This document shows, in pieces, positions 1 to 9,823 of a stretch of 64,000 nucleotides of DNA. Within the stretch, counting starts at the first letter, position 1. Each line of letters opens with the position of its first letter. This DNA is from Ascoidea asiatica JCM 7603. Its lineage: Eukaryota > Fungi > Ascomycota. The DNA lies in NCBI GenBank assembly GCA_001600695.1, contig BCKQ01000009.1, positions 546,772 to 610,771 on the forward strand. Direction: 5' to 3'. Position numbers and translations under genes: made by a program. The notes beneath the pieces were generated by a model that was not told the DNA's origin, searched no databases, and was given only the letters and a program-made list of their open reading frames with translations.

Positions 1-3000
1 ATATCAATGGGTGTTGAATATCTTCCTCCTAATAACACCTCAGGTGCTCTATAAAAACGAGATTGGATATATGAATAAGATGATTCGTTTTTGAAGCACG
101 CTGAACCAAAATCTATAATTTTAACATCAAATCTATCAGGAGATATTAACATAATATTTTCAGGTTTCAAATCACAGTGAATAATATTATGGCTGTGGAT
201 AAAATGAAGAGCTCCTAGTATTTGAGAAGCAAAAATCCCAATTACAGAGCAGCTAAAACCTTTAAAATTAGAAGCTTCGATAGCCTGATACAAAGTAACA
301 GATAATAACTCCGTCACAATGCACATATGACTTCTGAAATGAAAATGCTCAAAGTAGTTCAATAGATTATAGCTACCAAGGGATTTATCATCCTCCATTA
401 AAGCACTGTTTTTGTAAATCTTTTGGGTAGAGTTCTTTTTGCTGGCAAGAATATTCTTCAAAACTTTGATTTCATAAACGGCTTGTAAGGCCCATTGATA
501 ATCATTTTTTACAATTTTAATAGCAACAATTTTACCTAGTTTGTGATCTTTACATCTAACAACAGTTCCAAATCCTCCACTCCCAAGGACATTTAATACT
601 TCATACCGATAGTCAATATGGTCCCCTAAAACTGCTTTATAATTTTTATCAGTGTCATCAAATCCAAAATTCTTGCTGAAATTGGATAATTCAACTCTTA
701 CTTTTTTGGTACTAGATAACCCAGTGAAAAATATTTCCTTTTTACGAGTGCATTCAGTTCTTTCATATTGATTAAGATTATAAACTAACCTTTCATCATT
801 CAAAATATGAGAAGGTTTCAAAGGTAAGTTTTTCCAAATATCTTCCATATTTAGGTTAGAACTTTTTCTTCTTTTTTCATAAAGTTTTATCATACTAGCT
901 GTTTCCTTGAATATTTTCAAACTTTGGAATAGTTCTTCTGGTGTTCCAATTTGACGATTTGGATTAAATGAACAATTAGAAGAGCTGACTTTTTTATTTT
1001 CACTTGCCCTTCTAGTTGAGATTTTTTTATTAGGAACTGAAACAGACACTGAAGAAGTATTTAGTGGATGATGTTGTGAGGAATCTCTCTTTTTTTTCAT
1101 TTCAAGAGATTTTTTAGAAGACTGTTTCAAGTCTAAATTACTTTTATTGAAAAAGTCGCTTTTACTTTTGGAGATGTTCGATGTTTTAATTGAATCTTGG
1201 TCTAAGTTCAGAGAAGTGTTAATTTTATTATTTATATTCAAAACATTTTTATTTGAAGAGATTCCCAACGGCACTTTTCTAGTTGTTTTCATAGCTTTTT
1301 TACTAGATAGGTAGCCATTATTAGTTGATTTACTTAACATTTTTTTATGGTCATTGTTAACTAAATGAGAATTGGGGTTTACATTCGACTTTAAATTAGA
1401 ATTAGAGCTTAAACTCAGATTAGATTGTGAGTTTGAGTTCGTTATAGAGTGATGATGAGTTTGCGATCTTGAGAATAATTTTGAATTTGGATTTGGGTTG
1501 GAGTTAATATTAGTGCTTGATATAGCATTTAAATCAAAAGCATTAGTAGAAGATGATAAAAGGGTAGTTTTTTCTCTTCGCAAAGAAGATTTATTTAAAA
1601 TTTTACTTTTAGGAGGAATTGAATTTGAAGCTGATCTTGACTGGACTGATTTTGAAAGCAAATTAGCTTTTTTCATCTTAGAAATGTCTGTAGAATCAGA
1701 GCTTTTTTCGTTTTTTGGATTTGATTGACTTATAATTTCATTTAGGTTTCGAATGCTTTTCTTACTAGGTATAATATTTGAGCCTTTAGATTCTAACTGC
1801 AAGGAATTATTTGAGTGATATATATTCTCATTTTTTTCTATTTTATCATGGTGGGAAAGGTTTTTGTTTTTGTTTTTGTTTTGATCCAACTTTTCCTGAG
1901 TCTTGGATCTATTTCTTGAAAATTTTGGTATATTATTTAATGAAGGTGAATGCTTTATATATTTTGTTTTTAAATCAAGCAAACTTTTATCAAAAGTTGG
2001 AATAGTTGCAGAAAGGGAACCTGGTGATCTTTTTGAATTTGAACTTTTGATTGCAGACACATTTACTTTCAAGGAAGGGACTTCTTTGGAGGGCGTTTTT
2101 TGTTGAAGGGAATTTATATTATTAAAAGATGCTAATCGCACTTTTGTTGTTGAGTGAAGGTGATTGTCTAGATTCAGTCTTTGCCTATGATAGTTTGGAG
2201 ATTGTTTATTAGATCGTGAAATTTTTAAATTATCTACTATACTACCGTTTTTTGTATTAGTTATCATATTATTACTGTCAGTAGTATTTACCGAACTATT
2301 AGTATTATTGTTACTTGTAATAGAATTTTTTTGATGCACAAAAGTACTGGCGTTATTTTTCAGTTTAGAAAGGTGGACATAATTATCATTCGTAGCGTTA
2401 TTTGACATTGTAGTTTTTGATAATAAATTTTTAGTCTTAGTTAATTCTCTGCTGTTTCTAAAAGAAGAGGATTTAACCAAGCCATTTGATGAAGAACCAT
2501 TAAAAAAAGAGGTGTTGGACAAAGGCCCATTTGATGAGGAAATTGAATCTAAATTTACCTTTTCAGGCTGAACAGGAACATGTAAATGATGACTTACTTT
2601 TGAAGATATTTTGTGTTTATCAGTAGAATTTGACCCTAAAGAGTTTGAACATATAGGATTAGAATTTAAAGAAGTAGAACTTAAAGAGTTCGAGCCCAAA
2701 GAATTTGATTTAGAATGAATTGAGCCAGAGATACTATGTTTCAGTCTGGGTGGACAATTAGAAGGTAGTGTATTATCAATTAGATTGGGATTGGATTGTA
2801 TAATAGCAGTTGCTGCAGAAGCATTTCTTGATTTTGATTTTGGGATAGAGTTATGAATAGTTGAAATATTTCTCGATTTCAAAGAAGATTTCTGATGACT
2901 TCTAGAAGAACCTTTTGCTCTTGCTAAAGAAGATAATGTTGGCTTCATTAAACTTGATAATCTTTGAGGTGTAATTAATTCTTTCCTTATACCGATATTA

Positions 3001-3269
3001 TGAGTAGGACTATATTTTAAGCCATCATTATGATTATTAGCATTAAAATCATTATTTGGGTCATCAAAAGATTTTTTTAAGGTTAATTTATGAATATTTA
3101 AAGATAAACCTGGAGATTTCTTTGAATTTGAGATTGGATCAGATGTTGATTTGTTATAAGATTTTGAAAATGAAGAACTATTTGTATCAGATAAGGTGGA
3201 GTCTATTGAAATATCAGGATCATCTTCTGAATTAACATAGTATTTATTTGAAACCAAGGACATGTTCAT
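1..3269 (-). CDS. DYRK-family dual-specificity kinase, class 2 (Pom1/DYRK2-like); 3' end lies outside the window
   Basis: Manual minus-strand translation from ATG at 3269 (MNMSLVSNK...). A long Ser/Asn/Lys-rich N-terminus precedes the DH box FGFDDTDKNYKAVLGDHIDYRYE, GSGGFG, VAIKIVK, HCDLKPEN, DFGSA and the activation loop YSYIQSRFYRAPE (YxY). Absent from the ORF track because no stop lies in the window; frame spot-checked, not checked codon by codon. Confidence 0.9.
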   Translation of the reverse strand, partial: MNMSLVSNKYYVNSEDDPDISIDSTLSDTNSSSFSKSYNKSTSDPISNSKKSPGLSLNIHKLTLKKSFDDPNNDFNANNHNDGLKYSPTHNIGIRKELITPQRLSSLMKPTLSSLARAKGSSRSHQKSSLKSRNISTIHNSIPKSKSRNASAATAIIQSNPNLIDNTLPSNCPPRLKHSISGSIHSKSNSLGSNSLSSTSLNSNPICSNSLGSNSTDKHKISSKVSHHLHVPVQPEKVNLDSISSSNGPLSNTSFFNGSSSNGLVKSSSFRNSRELTKTKNLLSKTTMSNNATNDNYVHLSKLKNNASTFVHQKNSITSNNNTNSSVNTTDSNNMITNTKNGSIVDNLKISRSNKQSPNYHRQRLNLDNHLHSTTKVRLASFNNINSLQQKTPSKEVPSLKVNVSAIKSSNSKRSPGSLSATIPTFDKSLLDLKTKYIKHSPSLNNIPKFSRNRSKTQEKLDQNKNKNKNLSHHDKIEKNENIYHSNNSLQLESKGSNIIPSKKSIRNLNEIISQSNPKNEKSSDSTDISKMKKANLLSKSVQSRSASNSIPPKSKILNKSSLRREKTTLLSSSTNAFDLNAISSTNINSNPNPNSKLFSRSQTHHHSITNSNSQSNLSLSSNSNLKSNVNPNSHLVNNDHKKMLSKSTNNGYLSSKKAMKTTRKVPLGISSNKNVLNINNKINTSLNLDQDSIKTSNISKSKSDFFNKSNLDLKQSSKKSLEMKKKRDSSQHHPLNTSSVSVSVPNKKISTRRASENKKVSSSNCSFNPNRQIGTPEELFQSLKIFKETASMIKLYEKRRKSSNLNMEDIWKNLPLKPSHILNDERLVYNLNQYERTECTRKKEIFFTGLSSTKKVRVELSNFSKNFGFDDTDKNYKAVLGDHIDYRYEVLNVLGSGGFGTVVRCKDHKLGKIVAIKIVKNDYQWALQAVYEIKVLKNILASKKNSTQKIYKNSALMEDDKSLGSYNLLNYFEHFHFRSHMCIVTELLSVTLYQAIEASNFKGFSCSVIGIFASQILGALHFIHSHNIIHCDLKPENIMLISPDRFDVKIIDFGSACFKNESSYSYIQSRFYRAPEVLLGGRYSTPID

Positions 3270-3752
3270 TATTTGATTTCTTTTGACGAATAAATCGAAA
3301 AAAAACAAAATTAGGATCTAAATAAAGAAATTATGAAAGAACTTGATCATATCCTGATAGGGATTGTAATTAAAGAAATTAATCTCCAAACAATGAAATT
3401 TAAAGGATTCTAAATAAGTAAATACTAATTCTCTATCAGTTTATTATTGTACAATATATCAGAAGTTGTCTTTTAGTATTTCTTTGATTAATTTATTCTA
3501 TTATGGTATTATTGCTTTGATATAAAACTGATTGTTTTCAATGTTTACGTTAAGAAATGCTAGTGTTATTGTGATGATATCTTTAGCATGGATTGTCTTA
3601 TATTTTTTGTTTATAAAGTTCAGCAAAAAATGTGGATTTGAATATGCCGAGCTATTAAGTATCGCCTGTTTAAGGTACATGCCTCATAACGCATTCAGTA
3701 GATTCTTTGAACAGTTTTTTTGTGGCGCATTCAAATATACATTCCTAAATAG

Positions 3753-3977
3753 GGGGCCCACTATATACTGCCAAAAATGCGTGGTTCGGGACCATAGTAA
3801 TAAGCTAAATCATATGACATATAAAGGTAGTCCCGTTTCTAAGGGTTTAAAAGTGTTTAAAAAAATTATTTTGAGTATTTTGAGGTTTTTGTTCCTGTTT
3901 TAGAAACAACGTTTACTATGTATAAAAGAAGATTTTGAGGTGGTATTTAGCGTTTCTGGCAGTATATAGCGGTTCAC
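3753..3977. mobile_element. MITE-like non-autonomous DNA transposon candidate (~225 bp)
   Basis: Inverted repeats CACTATATACTGCCAAAAATGC (3759-3780) and GCGTTTCTGGCAGTATATAGCG (3950-3971), 19/22 match with a 13-bp perfect core. Flanked by the direct repeat CCTAAATAGG at 3744-3753 and 3977-3986. Confidence 0.6.
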
Positions 3978-5422
3978 CTAAATAGGTAATAACCAGTACA
4001 ATACAGGAACTTAACTCTGAAAGTTGTGCATAAAACTTGGAATTTTTCATAAAAAGAGAAGAAGTCTATTATTATAAAAAAAGCATTAACTCAAAATTGG
4101 CTGTTGTAATTTGGTAAAATTAATTGAAATTGAACAACGAAAAAGAATTAGAAGTCACCTATTGAAATTGTGAAAAAAACAGTGGGCTCAAACTGTTTAA
4201 TTTGATTGTTACTCTGGAGTTGAAGAGCCAATATTCTCCTCCTATTTCCTCAATGTTAACAGAATGATTGAAAGGAAAGAATAGAATGTCTTTTATTCTA
4301 AGTTGCATTGAAATACGACAAATTCAAAATTACTAAATTAGTAGGAACTTTTATTGTTAAAGGACTCAAACTTTGAAATGGTGGTCATAAGTTTCACAAT
4401 TAACATTCAAAATATACAACATTTGTTTTTTTTCCTTTAAGATAGTGAAGTTGTATAAGATATTAGAAAAGGAGGTTTTTGCAAAAGTTAACTTTAATGT
4501 TTACAAGGATTAATTTTTAAATTCTTTAAAAAACTATGAATGTTGAAATTAGAATAACACTAAGCATTCCCTTTGATTAATTACATTATTGTTGTTTCTC
4601 AAAAAAATTGTTTTTCTTTTCTACAATACATCAACATTAATATAATAGGAGTTTCTATGAACTTTCAAAAATTCATAATAGTATATCAGTGGGTGAACAA
4701 ACGTTTCCAAAAAGAGTAATATCACAAATTAATATTCTCAATGGATCTTCTTCAATTCTTAGTTTTGAGTTTATTTTCCTTAATTGATTATATTTGCTTT
4801 GGCCCTCAAAGGTAAAACCCGTAGGTATAATTTTAATATTGAAGTAAAGAAAAGCTTCTCAAAAATATAGTTAAATCACTACAGAATAGTTCACAAACGG
4901 ACTGAACTAAGGTTATTCTTCTTTTAGAATGCTAAGATTTTGCTGAAACCTAAAACCCAATAAGGAAATATTTTTATGAGGTTATGGAAAGGTTGAGGAT
5001 GTCTTTTTAATATTTTTTTAAAACAGCTTTAAATTCAGATTAAAAAATTGAGAAGTAGATCAATAGGTAATAAAACTTTGAGTTATAATGGTTGAGTTTC
5101 AATCTCTTCAAAACAAGAACATATCAAGTATATAAGTAATTTTGAAACATTTTTGTTTTCCTCTTTTCTTTTTCCTTTCAAGGATTTTGCTTAATAAAAT
5201 GGAATATATTAAGTGAGATCTATTTAATATTATGCTTGATAAAAGTAAATGAACAAAATTGTTTGAAAAGTTACAAAACTTTGAATATTAAAATAAAAAT
5301 ATTATTAAAAAATGCATTTTTTTTACTAAGTAATAAAGATGACATTTTTAGAAAAAAAAGCACAAACTTGTTATAGGATATTTATTTATAATGAAAATAC
5401 ATTATTTTAAAATTTATTAAAT

Positions 5423-5720
5423 TTATTTCTTTTCAGCTTTAATACCTGCAATAGCTTTACCAGTATAATATAATGGAGCAATACAAACAACAGTGAATAA
5501 TCCCCAGAATGGATAAATATAAAATTTAGAACGAGGATGCTATTGAATTTAAAAGAGGAAAAGAAAGTTAGTAATCATTTTCTTAAATCTAGAATAGATG
5601 CTTTTTAATCTTTTGAAAATTTTATTTCAATTTTAATAAATTTTGTTCACATACTCTCATCCATAATGGTTTTGTAGAACTTTGATATAATTTTTGTAAT
5701 TCGATAACTCTGTTAGCCAT
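5423..5720 (-). CDS. COX7: Cytochrome c oxidase subunit VII, two exons (5655-5720 and 5423-5539), 60 aa
   Basis: Spliced product MANRVIELQKLYQSSTKPLWMR|HPRSKFYIYPFWGLFTVVCIAPLYYTGKAIAGIKAEKK* closely matches yeast Cox7 (MANKVIQLQK...KPLWWRHPRS...GIKAKKA). Confidence 0.96.
5540..5654 (-). other. Spliceosomal intron of COX7 (115 nt, phase 0)
   Basis: Donor GTATGT (5654-5649), branch point TACTAAC (5573-5567), pyrimidine tract, acceptor TAG (5542-5540). Confidence 0.95.
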
Positions 5721-5934
5721 TTTGAAAATATTGTTTTTGTGATGTTATATGATCTGAATCTATTAAAAAACTTGATTATTTAAAATATCAATCAATAGAC
5801 TTTAGATAATTATTAATATTAATATTTATTTCAATACAAAACCATCAACAATATCGTCAACCTGATAGATCTCTTGATAGTGAATAAGTTCATCAGACTA
5901 TTTATTCATCAGACTATTTCTGGCGTGTTTCTGG

Positions 5935-5985
5935 CCAATGAAACGAGGAGATTTAAAGCTGATTCTCACACCATCTTGCACGTGA
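5935..5985. promoter_or_regulatory. CCAAT box (Hap-complex type) and TCACGTG (Cbf1 type) upstream of COX7
   Basis: CCAAT at 5935-5939 and CACGTGA at 5979-5985, 215-265 bp upstream of a respiratory gene. Short motifs, so function is inferred. Confidence 0.4.
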
Positions 5986-6031
5986 AATATCAGAGACCTA
6001 ATTTATGGTACTTGTTTTTTAGAAAGGGAAC

Positions 6032-6047
6032 CCGTGAATGTGGTCTC
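6032..6047 (+). promoter_or_regulatory. Recurrent 16-bp promoter motif, copy 1 (CCGTGAATGTGGTCTC)
   Basis: Near-identical copies at 11960-11975 and 16442-16457; variant at 54047-54062. Confidence 0.5.
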
Positions 6048-6241
6048 GATTGTCATTTAAATTCATTTTGATATTAATCAGAAAATCAATCAATTGTCTT
6101 CAAGTTAACTCGAAGATAAAATCAAATAAACAAATAAAGAAATAAAGAAATAAAGAAATAAAGAAATAAAGAAATAAAGAAATTAGAAAATGAGAAAAAA
6201 AAAATGCAAATGAGTGTTTGATTAAAATACAAGAGTTCTAA

Positions 6242-9076
6242 TTATATTACAGAACGTAAGTATGAAGAACTGTTTTGATTCCAAAGTTTCATATTAACAA
6301 TTGGATTTCCATCAAGTTTTATAAAACCTTCCTTCACCGAACTTAGTGGTAATTCTTTTTCTTTCAAGTTTTTATCACTTATCCATATAACTGAGTCAAG
6401 TGGAACTTTAATACCATTTATAATTCTAATTTTCATTAATTTGGGATCATCATCTATTGCACAGAATCCATTAGTATTTGCTTCAGATTTTTTATCATCA
6501 GTATTCTCTTCATCGTCTAATTTATGAAATAAATTAATCATTTCTTTATTAATTAATCTGTTTTCAAGATCAATTTTACCTTCACTTAATTTTTCAACTC
6601 TCATTCGGATACCTTCCAAATCAGGTACCCAAAAATCATTTTCATGTATAATACTATTATTTTTAAATATTATATTTTTATGAGTATCACTTATTTCTAA
6701 TTGTGTCACTTGAGATAGTCTTACACTTTCTCTTTTTCCAAATAATAATTCCATTGATTCTGTTGTTGCTCTTCTTTTACAATAACTATTCAGATTATCA
6801 TTCCATCTATTATAAAAATTAGGATCTAATTCAATTGGTTCATATTTAATTTTTTTTAAATAATTCGGCTGAATTAATTGACCTTCATATTTTCTATCAA
6901 TTTCAAAAAGTTCATTCCAAGATAAATAATTTGAAAAAATAGAAATTTTATTTTTTTTTAAAGGATTTGGACATTCTTCTCTTTTAAATGCTAAAATTCC
7001 TTCATTACCTTTTTTGAAATCAAATCCTTCACCAGTTACACCATACATTGGAATTAATTTATTTTCATAAATAAGAAATTCTTTATTAGAATTTAATCCA
7101 AAAATTAAAGTTAAATTATTTGAAAATTTTATAGATGGCAGTAAAAAATCAGTTCCAATTGAAAAATTAAGTGAATTAATCCATCTTTTGAAAATTGAAG
7201 ATAAAGATGAATCAACAATAAAATTTCCATCATCTGATTTAACAGTTGGTAGAAACTTTCCATTTGAAAAATTTTCTTTTTTAATTTTATTTTCATTTTT
7301 TTTTTCATTTAATGTTTTTTCTATTAATATTTCATCATTATTATCACTGATTTTTTTTTCATTTTTATTATTTTGAAGATTATTACTAATTTCTTTAAGT
7401 TCTAAATTTGTTAAATTTTTTTTTGGAATATTAAAATATGGTACAATCATTGATTTACTTAACCACATTGGATGAGCTTCAGTTGAAAAAATTATATTAC
7501 TATTATCATGATGAATTTTATTATCTTCATCAAATAATAAATATAAATATTTTAAGGATTCACCCAATACAAAACTTTCCATTCTATCAGTTTTTTCACC
7601 AGTTCTTACATCTTGTATACCTGCAAAACCACATTTTGTTTTAAATCTTTTTTTAAAATCATTTAAAATTCTTGAACCAATTTGTAAATAAGTTGGATCT
7701 TTAGTTGCACGATATAAAAAATAAGTAGATTCAATAAATTCAGGTCTTAATGGATACCATTCTAAAGCAATTTGAGAATCTGGACCAGGACCACCAAGTT
7801 CATCATAATCATCATGATCAATATCATTATCATTTTTGTTGTTATTAGCATTAATTTTATAATAATTCCAACGTTCAGGTATTGAACCAAAAGTATTCCA
7901 TAATTTTAAATATAAAGTATGTAATCTTTTTGCATCATCTAATTTTCCAGCTAAAATTTGTAAACCTGGAAAAAAAGCAGATAATGAATCAATCCAAGAA
8001 GTTAAATAAAAACCAGTTGAAGAATCAACATTTGAATAAAGCCAATCTAATTTTAAATTTATATCTAAAGATCTATAAGCTTTATTCCAAATCATTAAAA
8101 GATCATCATCATTAAATAAAATTGAAGATTTTAAAGCATATTCATAAAATGAATCAATACTTGCACCAATACCAGAAATTGAATCTAACCATTTACCATT
8201 AATTGGATTTAAAGACATTGGTAATAAATCTAAATCAGTTCTTGATTCCCAAATTTTAAAAAAAGCAGATTTTGAAACATTTTCAAAAATTGGATTACCT
8301 GTAAGTTTTGATAATAAAGTTAATTCTAACATTGGAGAAGTTGCACCAGCTGTACAAGTTTCAAGTATTAATTTTGTTGGTAAACTTTTTGGTAAATTAC
8401 CATATTTAAGATTAACTCTTGGTAATGGTATACCAGAATTTGTAGTAAAAGCAGGTAATAATCTTAAACCTAAATCATAAGCCAAATTTAATAAAAAATT
8501 ATCATAATTTTTAATTTGAAAACCTTTTTTTGGATCAGAAGCATATAAATGAGCAGTTAATAAACCACCTAAAGCTCTAATTGAAGTTTCAAAAACTTGA
8601 ACATTTGAATTTATATTAAATTTATTATTATTATTATTATTTATAAATAAATCTTTAACTAAATGTATTGAGTTATTAAAACCATTAAAATCATTTAAGA
8701 TTATAAAAGTATCTAAATTATCTAATAAAGTTATTGAAAAATTACCTAAAACATCATTTCTATTTATATTTTCAATATTATTTAAATCTGGACCATATGG
8801 TTTACAAGAAATTGGTAAAACTTCATCATATGGATAACCATAATTCATATATGAATTCCATCCATGATAAAATAATTTTTTTGTTTCATTTTTTAATAAA
8901 GATAAATGATTTTTTGTAAAAGTAGCAGAATTTAAAAATTCTTCATCACAGTCAGAGTTAGAGTTAGAGTCAAAGTCAGAATTAGAATCAAAAGTTGAAT
9001 TTAGGATTGAATTAGCAAATATTAAATTAATGAAATGAGAAAAATATAAAAAATTAAATAGCGAAATTAATATCAT
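6242..9076 (-). CDS. MNL1: ER degradation-enhancing alpha-1,2-mannosidase (EDEM/Htm1, GH47)
   Basis: Signal peptide; YPYDEVLPISC, LLDNLDT, VFETSIRALGGLL, IDSFYEYALK, YPLRPEFIESTY, MESFVLGESLKYLYLLF, FSTEAHP; long C-terminal extension typical of Htm1. Confidence 0.92.
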   Translation of the reverse strand: MILISLFNFLYFSHFINLIFANSILNSTFDSNSDFDSNSNSDCDEEFLNSATFTKNHLSLLKNETKKLFYHGWNSYMNYGYPYDEVLPISCKPYGPDLNNIENINRNDVLGNFSITLLDNLDTFIILNDFNGFNNSIHLVKDLFINNNNNNKFNINSNVQVFETSIRALGGLLTAHLYASDPKKGFQIKNYDNFLLNLAYDLGLRLLPAFTTNSGIPLPRVNLKYGNLPKSLPTKLILETCTAGATSPMLELTLLSKLTGNPIFENVSKSAFFKIWESRTDLDLLPMSLNPINGKWLDSISGIGASIDSFYEYALKSSILFNDDDLLMIWNKAYRSLDINLKLDWLYSNVDSSTGFYLTSWIDSLSAFFPGLQILAGKLDDAKRLHTLYLKLWNTFGSIPERWNYYKINANNNKNDNDIDHDDYDELGGPGPDSQIALEWYPLRPEFIESTYFLYRATKDPTYLQIGSRILNDFKKRFKTKCGFAGIQDVRTGEKTDRMESFVLGESLKYLYLLFDEDNKIHHDNSNIIFSTEAHPMWLSKSMIVPYFNIPKKNLTNLELKEISNNLQNNKNEKKISDNNDEILIEKTLNEKKNENKIKKENFSNGKFLPTVKSDDGNFIVDSSLSSIFKRWINSLNFSIGTDFLLPSIKFSNNLTLIFGLNSNKEFLIYENKLIPMYGVTGEGFDFKKGNEGILAFKREECPNPLKKNKISIFSNYLSWNELFEIDRKYEGQLIQPNYLKKIKYEPIELDPNFYNRWNDNLNSYCKRRATTESMELLFGKRESVRLSQVTQLEISDTHKNIIFKNNSIIHENDFWVPDLEGIRMRVEKLSEGKIDLENRLINKEMINLFHKLDDEENTDDKKSEANTNGFCAIDDDPKLMKIRIINGIKVPLDSVIWISDKNLKEKELPLSSVKEGFIKLDGNPIVNMKLWNQNSSSYLRSVI

Positions 9077-9708
9077 CGCCCTAGCATTTGAATAAGAAGG
9101 ATAAGCCTGTGACTTTTCTGAAAATCTGAAATAAATTATTCAATAATAAAGTGGTTATTATTTAATTTGAATATAGATTGATTGATTAGTCGATTTTGAA
9201 GAACTTATACCATAGAACATAAGAAGAATTGCCAGATATAGTAAAAGTTGTTTGAAATTTAGCAAATATTATGATACTTATTTGAACATCAAGTCATAAG
9301 ATATCAATGAACGATAAATGATAATCTCTAATAAACCTCAAGATGAATTAATATTCCAATAGACTTTTAAATAAAAATCTTTTCTTCTTTTGACTAATTA
9401 TCAGGCAATAAATATTGAATAGATTATCTCAGTGAAGCTGTGAAGTGCTTTTACCGAAAGCGAGAGATCATAGCAGAGAGTACGGCAACTTCAGTAGTAG
9501 TAGCTGGTGTCGTAGTTAACGGCTAAATGCCTGTCACTCGCCAAATAAACCTTTTTTGAAGTCTCAAATTCTCTTTCGAGACACTTTTACAGTAGAAAAT
9601 ACTGCAAAAGAAGAAGGAGAAAAAAGACAACTTATATTATAATAGAAAAAAGCAGTTATGCTTATACATTTATATACTTCACTAAATATTAATCAATGCA
9701 AACTATAT

Positions 9709-9804
9709 TACAAATTATACTACAAATTATATCACAAACTAAACCACAAATTAAAACACAAATTAAACAACAAATTATATCACAAATTATATCACAAATT
9801 GAAT
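9709..9804. repeat. 12-bp minisatellite, 8 degenerate copies (consensus CACAAATTATAT)
   Basis: tacaaattatac / tacaaattatat / cacaaactaaac / cacaaattaaaa / cacaaattaaac / aacaaattatat / cacaaattatat / cacaaattgaat. Confidence 0.85.
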
Positions 9805-9823
9805 AAAAGTTAATGAACATCAA

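Noticed and set aside
1498-2106. Three short plus-strand ORFs
   Set aside because: Antisense shadows of the minus-strand kinase CDS.
3532-3903. 123-aa plus-strand ORF
   Set aside because: TTG start, no motifs, and it runs across the boundary of the MITE-like element.
4000-5350. Intergenic stretch of atypical texture, possible transposon relic or pseudogene
   Set aside because: No sustained reading frame, LTR ends or recognisable domain found by eye.
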